Below, in pieces: positions 46,323 through 57,472 of a DNA stretch of 64,000 nt. The position numbers and the translations under genes were made by a program. How positions within the stretch are numbered: position 1 is the stretch's first letter; every line of letters starts with the position of its first letter. The notes beneath the pieces were generated by a model, which saw nothing but the letters and a program-made list of their open reading frames with translations, did no database searches and was not told the origin of the DNA. Source of the DNA: an uncultured virus (IMG/VR IMGVR_UViG_2061766007_000502) (Duplodnaviria; Heunggongvirae; Uroviricota; Caudoviricetes); IMG/VR virus record IMGVR_UViG_2061766007_000502. The stretch is one strand, 5' to 3'.

Positions 46323-46484
46323 ATGTTTAATTCTTTGGATGAATATCCGCAGCACCGTTCATTTGAGCGTGAACTTGAAGTAACCGATGAAGAATTTGAA
46401 TATCTGAGTCATGTTCAGAGGTATGAGAGAGGACAGACAAAATCAGGAGTTCTTGATGTAATTGAAGTCAAAAAATAGAACTAA
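46323..46484 (+). CDS. Small hypothetical protein (53 aa)
   Basis: MFNSLDEYPQHRSFERELEVTDEEFEYL...; followed by a terminator. Confidence 0.45.
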
Positions 46485-46516
46485 CTGCATTACAAATCAT
46501 TATATCCTTCAAAAAG

Positions 46517-46545
46517 AAAAGTGATACTATATAAGTATCACTTTT
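46517..46545. terminator. Bidirectional terminator
   Basis: AAAAGTGATACT/AGTATCACTTTT. Confidence 0.75.
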
Positions 46546-46575
46546 TGTTTGTTGCAACATGTGTTTTTCTTTGTA

Positions 46576-47202
46576 TTAAAGTACGCACTCATCCCACCAG
46601 TCACAACGGAATGTCATAGTACCTTCCATAAGAGATGTATTAGTGTAACTTAGAGATGGTGTTGGAGCACCAGTTGTAGGCCATACATAGTAGAAAATCC
46701 ACTGCCAGTAAGGAGTACCGGCACGGTCATGCATCGTTACTACAACATTTCCTGCTGCATAGTCCTTCTTCAAACCCTGACGACCTGTAAGTGGATCGTA
46801 AACAAGATCTACCCACTGACGGAGGAATTTGTAAGTATAGTTCTCTGGAGTACCGTTATCATATGAGAGGTTCAATGCAAACTGAATCTGAAGATCGATA
46901 GTGGTACCTTCTGGAGTAGCATTAGCATAAGAACGTGTAGCAAACTTATACTTCTGCTCAACTGCTGAAGATGCCTTAGATGAAGTAATGGTTCCCACAC
47001 TCTGAACACCCTCAAGAATGATATTCACTCTCTCTTCTGAACGGTCTTCCAATCCAGCAGGAGGTACAACTGATACAGAGAATAGGTTCTGATAGATTGG
47101 CTCCCAAAGACTTGTAGCGACCCTTGAATTTCTAAAGTGGCTCAAACCGAGCAAACCGTTAGATTTCTGAGGTACATCTGGTCCATTATTAACAATTGCC
47201 AT
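46576..47202 (-). CDS. gp19: Tail tube protein, T4 gp19-like
   Basis: NLFSV, FLRQW.DLVYDPLTG...KKDY, DRAG, WPT...LSY, FRCDWW; two GATAAATA sites (47270, 47318). Confidence 0.8.
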   Translation of the reverse strand: MAIVNNGPDVPQKSNGLLGLSHFRNSRVATSLWEPIYQNLFSVSVVPPAGLEDRSEERVNIILEGVQSVGTITSSKASSAVEQKYKFATRSYANATPEGTTIDLQIQFALNLSYDNGTPENYTYKFLRQWVDLVYDPLTGRQGLKKDYAAGNVVVTMHDRAGTPYWQWIFYYVWPTTGAPTPSLSYTNTSLMEGTMTFRCDWWDECVL

Positions 47203-47480
47203 ATTTTATAACTTATAAGTTTATTTTTGTCTTTTGATTAACAGGCATAATATAAACCCTGTCTTTTATTATTTATCCTGATACTCAAAAATGAGCAAAT
47301 GGATATTATCTTTTTTCTATTTATCTAATATATAAAAGGTGAAAAAATACAAATTTGTTTTTAAAGTTATGATTTTTTGATTCTTTTCATAAACCAAAAC
47401 TATAATCCTTAGTATAATTTTCAGAAAAATACCGCAATTTTATAGTGGCAATATAATTAATTAACTTCATTCATATACTT

Positions 47481-48539
47481 ATGGAAGAAATCGAATTTAA
47501 ATACAGTCATCTTAAAGATCCCGAGAATTGTCCGATAGAAGAACTTGCAAAACAAGTCAGTGAACTTGAAGCACTTGTCGGTTTCTACGACACTAAGCAG
47601 CTTGCTATCAAGAAGTTCATTAATTCCGTATATGGTGCTCTTGGTAGTAAGTACTTTGTTGCTCATAATACGGCAATAGCAGAAAGTATTACGGCACAAG
47701 GACGTGATTTGAATCATTTCTCTGAGAATAGTGTGAACAGATATTTCAAAGGATTGTTTCAGAGTAATCCGACTATCACGCTGTACTATCAATGGGTGCA
47801 TCATACTGATGAAGGTGAGAGATTCACTTTCGAGAAGCCGGATAAGCCGGCTGACTATTACAATAACGGAAAATGGGAAGAGTGTGAGAACTGGAGACCT
47901 GCTGTCAAGAAAGGAAAGAAACTGACGGCTGATATGAAAGAATGTCTTAGAGACAATTCTGTCGGTCATTGTGACTGGTTTATGACAAGTGTTGATTTGT
48001 TCACTAAGCTCGGACTTGTCGGTGAACAGCGTGAGAAAGCAAAGAACTTCGATATCTCAAAGGGTATGACTAATGACTACGGAGAATTGACAGGTGCTGA
48101 GTTCAATTATCTTGAAGGAACGAGGTCTATGGTAGTAGGTGGTGATACTGATTCAGTGTCAGCAGACAGTAACATAAAGATTTCATATAGTGACACCGGC
48201 AGCAAGAAAGACATTAAGGTATGTGATTTGTTCACTGAACTCAAATATAACAACAACGACTGTGTTATAATAACCGGTAATGGTTCTGAAGTAGTGCCAG
48301 TGAAAGATATATGTGCTCAGACATATAGTACAGAAAAGGATAAAGTCATATTCCGACCTGTTAATTATATAATGAGACATAAGGTTAAGAAGTCACGTTT
48401 CAGGATAACAACTGAGTCTGGCAAGCAGATTATTGTGACTGGTGATCATTCTTGTATGGTAGTCAGAGACAATGAACTGATTTCAGTAAAGGCTAAAGAT
48501 ATAAAGATGAGTGATAAAATCATAACAGTTGATAATTGA
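47481..48539 (+). CDS. polB: Family-B DNA polymerase fragment (motif B to motif C) fused to N-intein
   Basis: KQLAIKKFINSVYG, AESITAQGR, GGDTD followed by intein SVSADS...VTGDHS; true TGA stop. Confidence 0.92.
   Translation: MEEIEFKYSHLKDPENCPIEELAKQVSELEALVGFYDTKQLAIKKFINSVYGALGSKYFVAHNTAIAESITAQGRDLNHFSENSVNRYFKGLFQSNPTITLYYQWVHHTDEGERFTFEKPDKPADYYNNGKWEECENWRPAVKKGKKLTADMKECLRDNSVGHCDWFMTSVDLFTKLGLVGEQREKAKNFDISKGMTNDYGELTGAEFNYLEGTRSMVVGGDTDSVSADSNIKISYSDTGSKKDIKVCDLFTELKYNNNDCVIITGNGSEVVPVKDICAQTYSTEKDKVIFRPVNYIMRHKVKKSRFRITTESGKQIIVTGDHSCMVVRDNELISVKAKDIKMSDKIITVDN
48153..48536 (+). other. Split intein N-fragment (128 aa, Ser1)
   Basis: Block A SVSADS and block B TGDH; no terminal HN. 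Confidence 0.9.
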
Positions 48540-48544
48540 GAATT

Positions 48545-48934
48545 ATGTATATAAATCCCATTTTGAATAGATATGCTATATCAATAGAATCAGATACTAT
48601 TCTCATCAAAGATGGTGAGGATGTGATAGATTTGAAATATGATAAAAGCACTACTATCATCCGTGATATGTACATTACGATGTTCATAAAACTTGATGAT
48701 GACAATGGTTCAATGTCTGGAAAGTATCTGCAGTTCACGGATATAAACGGACTCACATCTGAGACTGTAATTGAAGAAGAAGATGTACCGACACTGATAA
48801 AGAACAATACTGTTGAACTCAATAAGGCTTATCTGTATCTTATATATGAAATTATTGAAGAATCAAAAAATGATGATTCTGATAAGGATAAGAATTCAAA
48901 GTACAGAGAAGTTTATATTAAGATTGAAAAATAA
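48545..48934 (+). CDS. Hypothetical protein between the split-intein halves
   Basis: 129-aa acidic ORF abutting both neighbours; no HNH, GIY-YIG or LAGLIDADG motif visible. Confidence 0.75.
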   Translation: MYINPILNRYAISIESDTILIKDGEDVIDLKYDKSTTIIRDMYITMFIKLDDDNGSMSGKYLQFTDINGLTSETVIEEEDVPTLIKNNTVELNKAYLYLIYEIIEESKNDDSDKDKNSKYREVYIKIEK

Positions 48935-48936
48935 TT

Positions 48937-49910
48937 ATGGTTATGGATTTCAAAGAAACAAACTATAAGATTGAGAGTATTGCCGCAATAGAGCAGATTG
49001 AAGATTTCGATGAGGAGTATGTATATGACTTGGAAATTGATGATACTCATATGTTCTTTGCTAATGACATACTTGTTCATAATTCCATATATGTCGAGTT
49101 TGGACGAATTTGTAGATATTGTAATGTAGAGGCGGAAAAGCAACCGAAGTTCTGTGTAGATTTATGGAATTACTCACTCGGACCTTATATGGATCATTGC
49201 TATGAGGAGTATGCAGAGAAATTCAACTGTCCTAAGAATTTGCAGAATCTGGAACTTGAGAAACTTTCTGATGTGACTATGTATTTTGCAAAGAAAAGAT
49301 ATGCAATGTCAGAGTGCTGGAAGGAACCTAATATATATCTGCCTTATATGTCTAAAGTGTTGTATAAGGGTATTGAGATTGTAAAGGGTTCTACATCTAC
49401 ATATGCACGCGAGTGTATGGATGATTTCTGCCGTTTCATTCTCAAGTGGTACAGCACGCATGACAATCCTATTGCATATGAGGAAGTTATGAAGAAACTC
49501 AAGAGTTATAAAAATTTGTTCATGACAAAACCACCGGAGGATATATGCGGCGGTTCATCTGTGGGTGACTATGAGAAATTCATTCTCTCAGACAAGACAA
49601 AATTCGTAATCGGTGACAAATGTCCGGCTCATATCAGAGCGGCAGGNNNNNNNNNNNNNNNNNNNNNNNNNNNNNNNNNNNNNNNNNNNNNNNNNCTGCT
49701 GATAAGATAAAATGGTATTATACTAAGGATTCTAACTTGGAGGTGTTTGCTTTCCTTCCTGGCTCATATCCGGGTGAGTTTGCTCCGGCAATGGATATGG
49801 ATGTACAGTTTGAGAAAACTATTCTGTCATTCTGTAATAAAGTAGTCGGAGATATTCTCGGTTATCCGACATTGACATCATCTCTTTGTTATTCTGAAGC
49901 ATTGTTTTAA
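48937..49910 (+). CDS. polB: C-intein (49 aa) fused to the family-B polymerase C-terminal part
   Basis: YVYDLEI..THMFFANDILVHN then SIYV, LELEK, AKKRY, KGIEIV, HIRAA, DKIKWYY; one N gap. Confidence 0.92.
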
Positions 49911-51847
49911 ATGGATAAGAAATATTTTGATTTAAGTGTGAGTCCGGGTGATGACTTTTTCAAGTTCTGCTGTGGGAACTGGGTTAAGTATCATCCACAG
50001 CCGAATGATTACCCAAGTTGGAATGTGTTCACCGTCATAGAAGAGAACAACATCAATAAACTGAAATCAATCATAGATGAATTGTCACAAGATGATATGA
50101 TGCAGAAGAAGATGATTGATTATTGGAATCTGATGAGAGACTATGACAGACGCAACAGAGACAGGTTTGCTCCGCTGAAGCCATATATAGACCGTCTTGA
50201 AGAGTTGAGCACTAAAGACGACATCTTGGAATTCATGATAAGCGATATGTCGGTGTCATTCGGAATATCTGTTCTTCTCGGACCTGATATGAAGAACTCT
50301 AAGATGAACGAAGTGATATTCACTCAGTCGCTTCCGCTTGATAACAGAGAATACTATTTGTCAGATGATGAGCGTAATAAGAGTATTATTGCAAAATACA
50401 AGGACGTCTCGATAAATGTTCTTACTGCATGCGGTTATCCAAAAGATCAAGCAAAAGACATCATAGATGTGTTTGTAGATTTCAATACTGAACTGGCATA
50501 TGACTGTTATGATATGGAAGACTTGAATAAGCCGGAATTGAACTATCATAAGATGTCTGTTGATGAATTGAGTGCTTTATGTAATTATGATATAAGGAAA
50601 TTTCTCTCATGGCATGGTATGAATGAGACTGATACGGTCATAGTGGAACAGACAGAAGCAATAGTCAAGTTCTTCAGTCTCATTAATAATATGACATTGG
50701 ATGAACTCAGAGAATGTGTGATGTTTGTAATCATTGATGACTGCTGTTGCGCTCTGAGTGAAGATTTCGGAAATATTCTGTTTGAGTTCACCAAATTCAT
50801 GACAGGGGCGATAGCCCGTCCTGACAAATGGAAACGTGAGGTTAATAAAATGAACTCTGTTTTCAGTGAGCAAATCGGCAAGTTATATGCAGAGAAGTTC
50901 TTCAGCGGTGAGTCTAAGCCTAAGATGATAGAAATCATCAAAAACATAATATCATCTTTTAGGGAAATCATAGATACACAGTCATGGATGTCTTATTCTA
51001 CAAAGAAGATAGCAATAGAGAAACTTGATTCTATGACATACAAAGTCGGTTATCCGGAAAAATGGGAAGACTATTCTGACATACCAGTTGAACCTGAGAA
51101 ATCATATCTTGAGAATTGTCTTGCTATATCTAAGTACTATCATAGGAGATTTCTGGAAAAAAATTACAACAAGCCGGTTGACTATGACGAGTGGCCTATG
51201 CTTCCGCAGAGTGTCAATGCCTGTTATATGCCGACAAGGAATGAGTTTTGTTTTCCGTGTGGTATATTAGTGGAACCGTTCTTTGATGTCAATGCTGATA
51301 TGGCAATGAACTATGGCGGTATAGGTNNNNNNNNNNNNCACATGGTTTTGATTCAAGCGGAAGGCAATTCACTAAAGATGGTAATATAGAAGACTGGTGG
51401 ACTGCTTCGGATGCTGAGAATTTCAATAAGCAGACTGAGAATACTGTAAAGAGATTCGACAGTCTGTATGTGCTTCCTGACTTGAAATGCAATGCAGAAC
51501 TGACTAAAGATGAGAATATAGCAGATTACGGCGGTCTCAATATAGCATATAATGCATTGGACAAATATATGTGGGATAAGAAGGACATTGATGATGAGTA
51601 TAACTACAAACAGAGGTTCTTTATATCATTTGCCACTATATGGGCAGGAGTATGTACGGATATGCTTATAAGGCAAAACACAATGAACGGCACACACAGC
51701 ATGAACTTCATGAGAGTGAACGGCACGGTTCCTATGATGGATGAATGGTATGAATCATTCGGTATCAAGGAAGACAGCAAACTGTATGTCAAACCGGAAG
51801 ACCGGGGAAGAATTTGGAACAGATATAAATTTTTTAAAATAGTATAA
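49911..51847 (+). CDS. pepO: M13-family zinc endopeptidase (PepO/neprilysin-like)
   Basis: PGDDFF, VGYPE, VNACY, NYGGIG, HGFD, ENIAD, RVNG; the first part of HExxH is lost in a gap. Confidence 0.9.
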
Positions 51848-52554
51848 TGAATAACGAGTATTACAACAATCAGAAATGTAATGAGTGTCCTATAAGGCAA
51901 CAGACAGAAACAGTATCAGAAGAAGAACTTTGCGGTTCTGTACAGAACACAGCATTTGATGTAAATGAGCATGAGAATACTCAGTCTGAAGACTGGTTTG
52001 TTAATGCAATAGAATCATGCCGTAAGATATTCTACAACAAGTTGGATGATTATGGTCCGAGTTGGAGAATTATGCGTCCGGCTTCACTGACGGATCAGAT
52101 TTATATCAAGGCAAGCAGAATCCGTTATCTTGAGGAGAATCATATATCAATGGTGGGTGATGGAATACTTACTGAGTTCCGTGCTATCGTTAACTATGGA
52201 GTGATTGCATTGATTCAATTGCAATACGGCTATTCCGATAAGAACAATATGACATCTGAGACTGCAAAGACTCTCTATAATCAATTTATGGAGAATACTT
52301 TTAATCTTATGGTTAAGAAGAATCATGACTATAATGAAGCATGGAAACTGATGAGACTCAACTCTTATACAGATTTCATACTTATGAAGATTCTCAGGAT
52401 TATGGAAATCGAGTCGCATGGCGGCAAGACTAAGGTTTCTGAACCTATTGATTCTAATTACTATGACATCATTAATTATGCATTATTCGGCATCATCAAA
52501 CTCACTGAACCGGAATGGAAAGAAGAGGTTATGAATTTTGCTGATATAAACTGA
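51847..52554 (+). CDS. DUF1599 (nucleotide-modification-associated) protein
   Basis: Duplicated K..DY..SW/AW...D.I..K..RI...NY unit, as in Bacteroidetes DUF1599. Confidence 0.8.
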   Translation: MNNEYYNNQKCNECPIRQQTETVSEEELCGSVQNTAFDVNEHENTQSEDWFVNAIESCRKIFYNKLDDYGPSWRIMRPASLTDQIYIKASRIRYLEENHISMVGDGILTEFRAIVNYGVIALIQLQYGYSDKNNMTSETAKTLYNQFMENTFNLMVKKNHDYNEAWKLMRLNSYTDFILMKILRIMEIESHGGKTKVSEPIDSNYYDIINYALFGIIKLTEPEWKEEVMNFADIN

Positions 52555-52674
52555 ATTTAATTTTTAAATGACTGTTTCTTTTTTACGAAGCAGTCATTTT
52601 TTCTTTTGTCTTTTTTGTTTTATTTTCTAAAAGTCTTTAGATAAATACAATATAAAATTTGATCATAATGTTTT

Positions 52675-52935
52675 ATGACACCGAAAACGAAAGATAACAG
52701 ACAATATAACGGAGTGACTCTTGATGTCAGTTCACCAGAAGACAACAAACCGGATATTGATTTCAATGAGGGTGAGTCACCAGCTGCTAATGTCAATTCA
52801 AAAGATGAAGAGACACTCAGAATCAAATCCGTGGAAATTGCAGTAGAGTTCATCAAACTTACAGCTGGTGGTGATTTGGATGATATTTTTGGATGTGCTG
52901 CACAGGTTCTGAAATTCATTTCTTCAAAAGGATAA
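52675..52935 (+). CDS. Small acidic protein
   Basis: GATAAATA at 52640; shares a helical motif with the next gene. Confidence 0.7.
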   Translation: MTPKTKDNRQYNGVTLDVSSPEDNKPDIDFNEGESPAANVNSKDEETLRIKSVEIAVEFIKLTAGGDLDDIFGCAAQVLKFISSKG

Positions 52936-52955
52936 AAAGAAACATTCTTATAAAT

Positions 52956-53480
52956 ATGTCAAAATATTCAAAATTTAAGTTTACGAAGAAGAACTATGAA
53001 CAGCGTCTCCTTGATAGTAACAATTCATTGAATGAGGCTGATGGTGATAGCGAGAGTTCAGATAACAGCGGTATTAGAAGTGAAGACCAGCTTCGTATTG
53101 AAGCATGTAAGTTGTCACAGAAGATTTCAAAACTAATGGACAATGTATCTCCGGCTGATATGCTTGAGATTGCTGATGCATGTCTCAAATATATTAAGTA
53201 TCAGAAAGCAGGAGAAGAATATGATCCTACATATGGTCTTGAAGATGCATCTTCCGAGTCTGAGAGCAGTTCTGAAGAACAGCCAAAAGATATAGAGTCT
53301 GATGATTTCGAAGTTAGTGATGCTGAAGATGAGAATACATCAGAAACAGGTGCATTGTCTTTTGATGACCTTAACTTTGATGATGAGGACTTTGAACTTG
53401 GTGATGAGAATAATGAGAAGAAGGAAGATAATAAAGAAGATAAGAAAGAAGATAATCTTCCGGATGATTTCATTGTCTGA
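52956..53480 (+). CDS. Highly acidic hypothetical protein
   Basis: ATG 52956 (MSKYSKF...SLNEADG); D/E-rich C-terminus. Confidence 0.75.
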   Translation: MSKYSKFKFTKKNYEQRLLDSNNSLNEADGDSESSDNSGIRSEDQLRIEACKLSQKISKLMDNVSPADMLEIADACLKYIKYQKAGEEYDPTYGLEDASSESESSSEEQPKDIESDDFEVSDAEDENTSETGALSFDDLNFDDEDFELGDENNEKKEDNKEDKKEDNLPDDFIV

Positions 53481-53507
53481 TTTTGGACAATTTTTAACCA
53501 GAACCAA

Positions 53508-53551
53508 TAAATGCCGATTATCGGAATCAATTTCAGATAATCGGCATTTTC
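53508..53551. terminator. Intrinsic terminator hairpin
   Basis: AAATGCCGATTATC...GATAATCGGCATTT. Confidence 0.75.
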
Positions 53552-53571
53552 AAAATTAATATTATGTATAT

Positions 53572-54724
53572 ATGAAAATAGATAATCATATATTTGAAGA
53601 TTATTTTGATGATATTGATGACAAAGATATTGAATCAAACATATCATCATCATTTGACGATGATGTGAAAAATTCTGTTAATGATTTTCCAGATTATGAG
53701 TTATGTTTCGGTAAGTATAATATGAATAATAATTCATGGTTAGTAAATAAANNNNNNNNNNNNNNNNNNNNNNNNNNNNNNNNNNNNNNNCAGAATATAT
53801 AATTTGCGTTATATGGATAATGTAGTGATTAGATTTCAAGCAAGCGCAAGAAATGAATATAAAGAGTATGAAACTTATTATCCTGATGTATCTAAGTTTT
53901 CAGAGTATAATCTGATGTCTCCAGAAGAATTTCATGATTATATATCAAAACATAATGATAAGTATGATTATATTATTCTAACTGCAATACATATATACTA
54001 TGATAAACCGAACATCAACACTGATGATGTCAATTATGCAGTGAAACTCATATTAGAAGGATGGGATTTGTTTATAGATTTGATGAATGAATTAGCAGAA
54101 AGTGCAATATGTATATAGCATACTGCTATGTTGGCTTTTTGTCTGAAAAAAAGTATAGATGAAAACAAAGGGTATAGTTTAAGATTTTATGACTATCTTT
54201 ATATTAAAGAAGGAAAATATAATGATAGTGTATCAAAGGTTATTGGTAGTATTTTGCCGATTATTGATTGTTTTCCAGATATTCCTTTAGGAGAGCGTAA
54301 TAGTGAATATTATGACACTAAATATGATAAAATCTTCAAAGCCATAGAAAAGAAGCCAGATAAGATGAAAATAACTATTTATAATGCACTCAAGAATTCC
54401 GGCTTCAGAATTAATATTATAAAGAAAATCAAGTTAGAACTAATCAAAAACCTCGGTATAATTTTGATTACTATACCTAAAGACACAACTATATCACTAA
54501 AGAATGTATCTCTCGGTACGCTTCTTTCGGATTTCAATAAAATGGACAGAGTGAAATTGAGAGTTGAAGGTACATTGCTGATAGATGACATAAGCGCATA
54601 TGACTGCTTGAACTACATTGATTATGGTTTTGATAATAATGAAATAGTAATTTCTGCTCCGAGGACAAAGAGAATTATGGATTTAGTCAATAACATCGGA
54701 TTCAAAAATATTATAGAGAAATGA
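53572..54724 (+). CDS. NEDYF-leader family protein 9
   Basis: HIFEDYFDDIDDKDI; one gap and TAG 54116; C-terminus resembles protein 8. Confidence 0.7.
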
Positions 54725-56108
54725 ATTTTATGACAATATACAGGCAATTGAATGAAGATTATTTCAAGGACATAGAAATCAATGACGATGACATTGACAC
54801 CGATGATACTTTTGATAAAACGTCAAAACCGCTGGATATTTCTCAATATGAATACATACTGGATTTCCATTGGTTTTTGGAGTCTGGTGTTTTATATAAA
54901 ATAGAAGAGAATTTGAAACATGTCAATGTAAAAAAAGTATATGATACTATAACATTTGCATTAGAACAAACGCAGTTAATAGAAAATTACTATATAGATA
55001 ATCCATTTGTATCTGATGGATATGGTTATTTTGATACGTTTNNNNNNNNNNNNNNNNNNNNNNNNNNNNNNNNNNNNNNNNNNATCTTCTTACTTTCTAT
55101 GAAAATAAAACATATAATTATATTCGACCAGAGTTTTCATTTAGAGTATATTTCAACAAGGAGTCTGTTATAGACAAAAATATGTCATATCAGAGATTCC
55201 TGAAAGAGTATATGCTTCTGTAGAATATATTGAAGAAAATATACAGTACTGGTTCATGTCGAGCCATAACAATGAATTTATTATCAATTGATTAGACAAA
55301 AGAATCAAAAACAAGTTCATTGACTGGTGAAATAGGTTTATTTCCTGCTCGTTTTTCAAAATGTGCAATTCGTTTATATAATCAGTTGTTTGATAATGAT
55401 GCACCGGAAGATGATGCATATAAAGATAAAATTGAATATAGCAAGCAGGTTAATTATTTTGCCAATACTATAATGAAACAAACAAAGTTTGATGAAATTA
55501 TAAAAAAGAGTGCTGAGAGAATCACAGCATAGGGAAAATACAAACTAACTCCATATGTTATCTACATTGCCAGTCCGGAAAAATACATATATGTTCCGAC
55601 TTTCGGAAAGAAATATCTCTCATATGTATGCTATGATGTTGAATCATTGTCAAATGATAAACGGATAAACCAAAGGTAGTTTGAAGAAGATTTTATCAAA
55701 AATGTAATCAAATGTATCCCTGTACAATATATATCGGAAATCATGTTAATAATGAGCTTCAGACCGGTGAATGGTACTGTGTTTGATATTCCGGAAGCAA
55801 AATTGAAAAAAGACAGAGAAGGTGAAGTTGTTTTGATGAAGGGTAGTTATTTGGAATGTAATATTGAAAATGTAGAATATGGAATTTCATCGGGTGCAAA
55901 TTTTTACAGGAAATATAGCAATAAAATCAGAACTGCTAAATTTGAAAACATGACCGGTAATGAACTGAATATGTTATATACAGATCACAATGGCAATGTA
56001 TTCAGGAATCCTCAATATGTAAATTTCTATTATATGGGTACATTAGATAAGTTTGTAAAAAATATATTACCAAACATTTATTCAAAAAATATATCAAAGA
56101 AAAAATGA
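54721..56108 (+). CDS. NEDYF-leader family protein 10
   Basis: RQLNEDYFKDIEINDDDI; one gap and several TAGs. Confidence 0.75.
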
Positions 56109-57432
56109 TTAAGATATTAAATGAAAGTTACTTTGATGACATTGAAGTAAATGACGATGATATTGTGAATACTGAATCTGTTGATGTTAAGCGTGATGAT
56201 TTGACACAGTATCAGTATTGTATTGATATTGAAATAGTAATAAAACCGCTGATTCGTAATAGTTATTATAGTGTGTTTGGTGATAGTTTGTGTCATATTA
56301 ATTTAAAGAGAATTACCGATATTGTCAAACTCGGATTCGATGAAACAGATATTATCAAGAATTATTATATACCGGGATTGTATATATATGATTCAAATAA
56401 CCGTATAGAACAACTCTTTGTAAATATAAATGAAAAACCGTTACAGACAGATTTCAATCTCCAGACTCATTATAATAATAGTAAAAAATACATAATGCAT
56501 TATGATCCAAATATCAAATATAAATTATTTTTTAATAAAAATGATTTATATACAAATGTCACATATTAGAAATTTGTCAAACAATTCATAAANNNNNNNN
56601 NNNNNNNNNNNNNNNNNNNNNNNNNNNNNNNNNNNNNNNNNNNNNNNNNNNNNNNNNNNNNNNNNNNNNNNNNNNNNNNNNNNNNNNNNNNNNNNNNNNN
56701 NNNNNNNNNNNNNNNNNNNNNNNNNNNNNNNNNNNNNNNNNNNNNNNNNNNNNNNNNNNNNNNNNNNNNAGTTTTAAAAAAAATTTCAATGTAGAAAATT
56801 GTAAGAACTATATTCTTGATGAGTTATTGAAGAAAGAATATAGAATCCAGAATCTCATAGATTCCGGCATTGAGAAACTGAATGAAAGAGGTGAATACAA
56901 AATTACACAAGTGAAGTACAAAAAGCCAAACAGTGTGATGACTAAAGCATCATATGGAGAATATTATATGTATGATATGTATATTTCATTTGATGTGGAA
57001 TCACTACTTAGTGATAAATCGATAGATTAGAGGGAATTTGAAAAAGACTTCATATATACTGTACTTGACAGATTGCCGAAACAATATCTCTGTGATATAA
57101 CAAAATTTATTATCTTCCGACCGGTTAATGGTTCAGTATTTGAAATACCAGAAGCAAAGGGAGAATTCAGAGAAGGTAAAATTAAACTGAGTGACAACAG
57201 ATTGAAGATATGTGATTTGGAAAACACGGAATATACATCAACCCCTAAAAACAATATGTATAGAAAGATAAGCAATCGTATACGTACTTTAAGATATGGT
57301 TTCAATGCTTACTCATATTTGATATTTACAGATAAAAACGGTAAAGTATTCAAAGATATGGATAATATAGGTTTCTATCATTATCATAACCTATTAGATT
57401 TTATGAAAAACGAGTTAAAAAATATGTATTAA
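56105..57432 (+). CDS. NEDYF-leader family protein 11, close paralog of protein 10
   Basis: KILNESYFDDIEVNDDDI; FRPVNGSVFEIPEAK versus FRPVNGTVFDIPEAK. Confidence 0.75.
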
Positions 57433-57436
57433 ATAA

Positions 57437-57468
57437 AAAATAGAGTGATTATAAAATCACTCTATTTT
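57437..57468. terminator. Bidirectional terminator
   Basis: AAAATAGAGTGATT/AATCACTCTATTTT. Confidence 0.75.
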
Positions 57469-57472
57469 ATTG

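Noticed and set aside
48540..48936. Group I or II intron in polB
   Set aside because: The interval is fully occupied by one ORF with no room for ribozyme structure; split-intein motifs explain the break.
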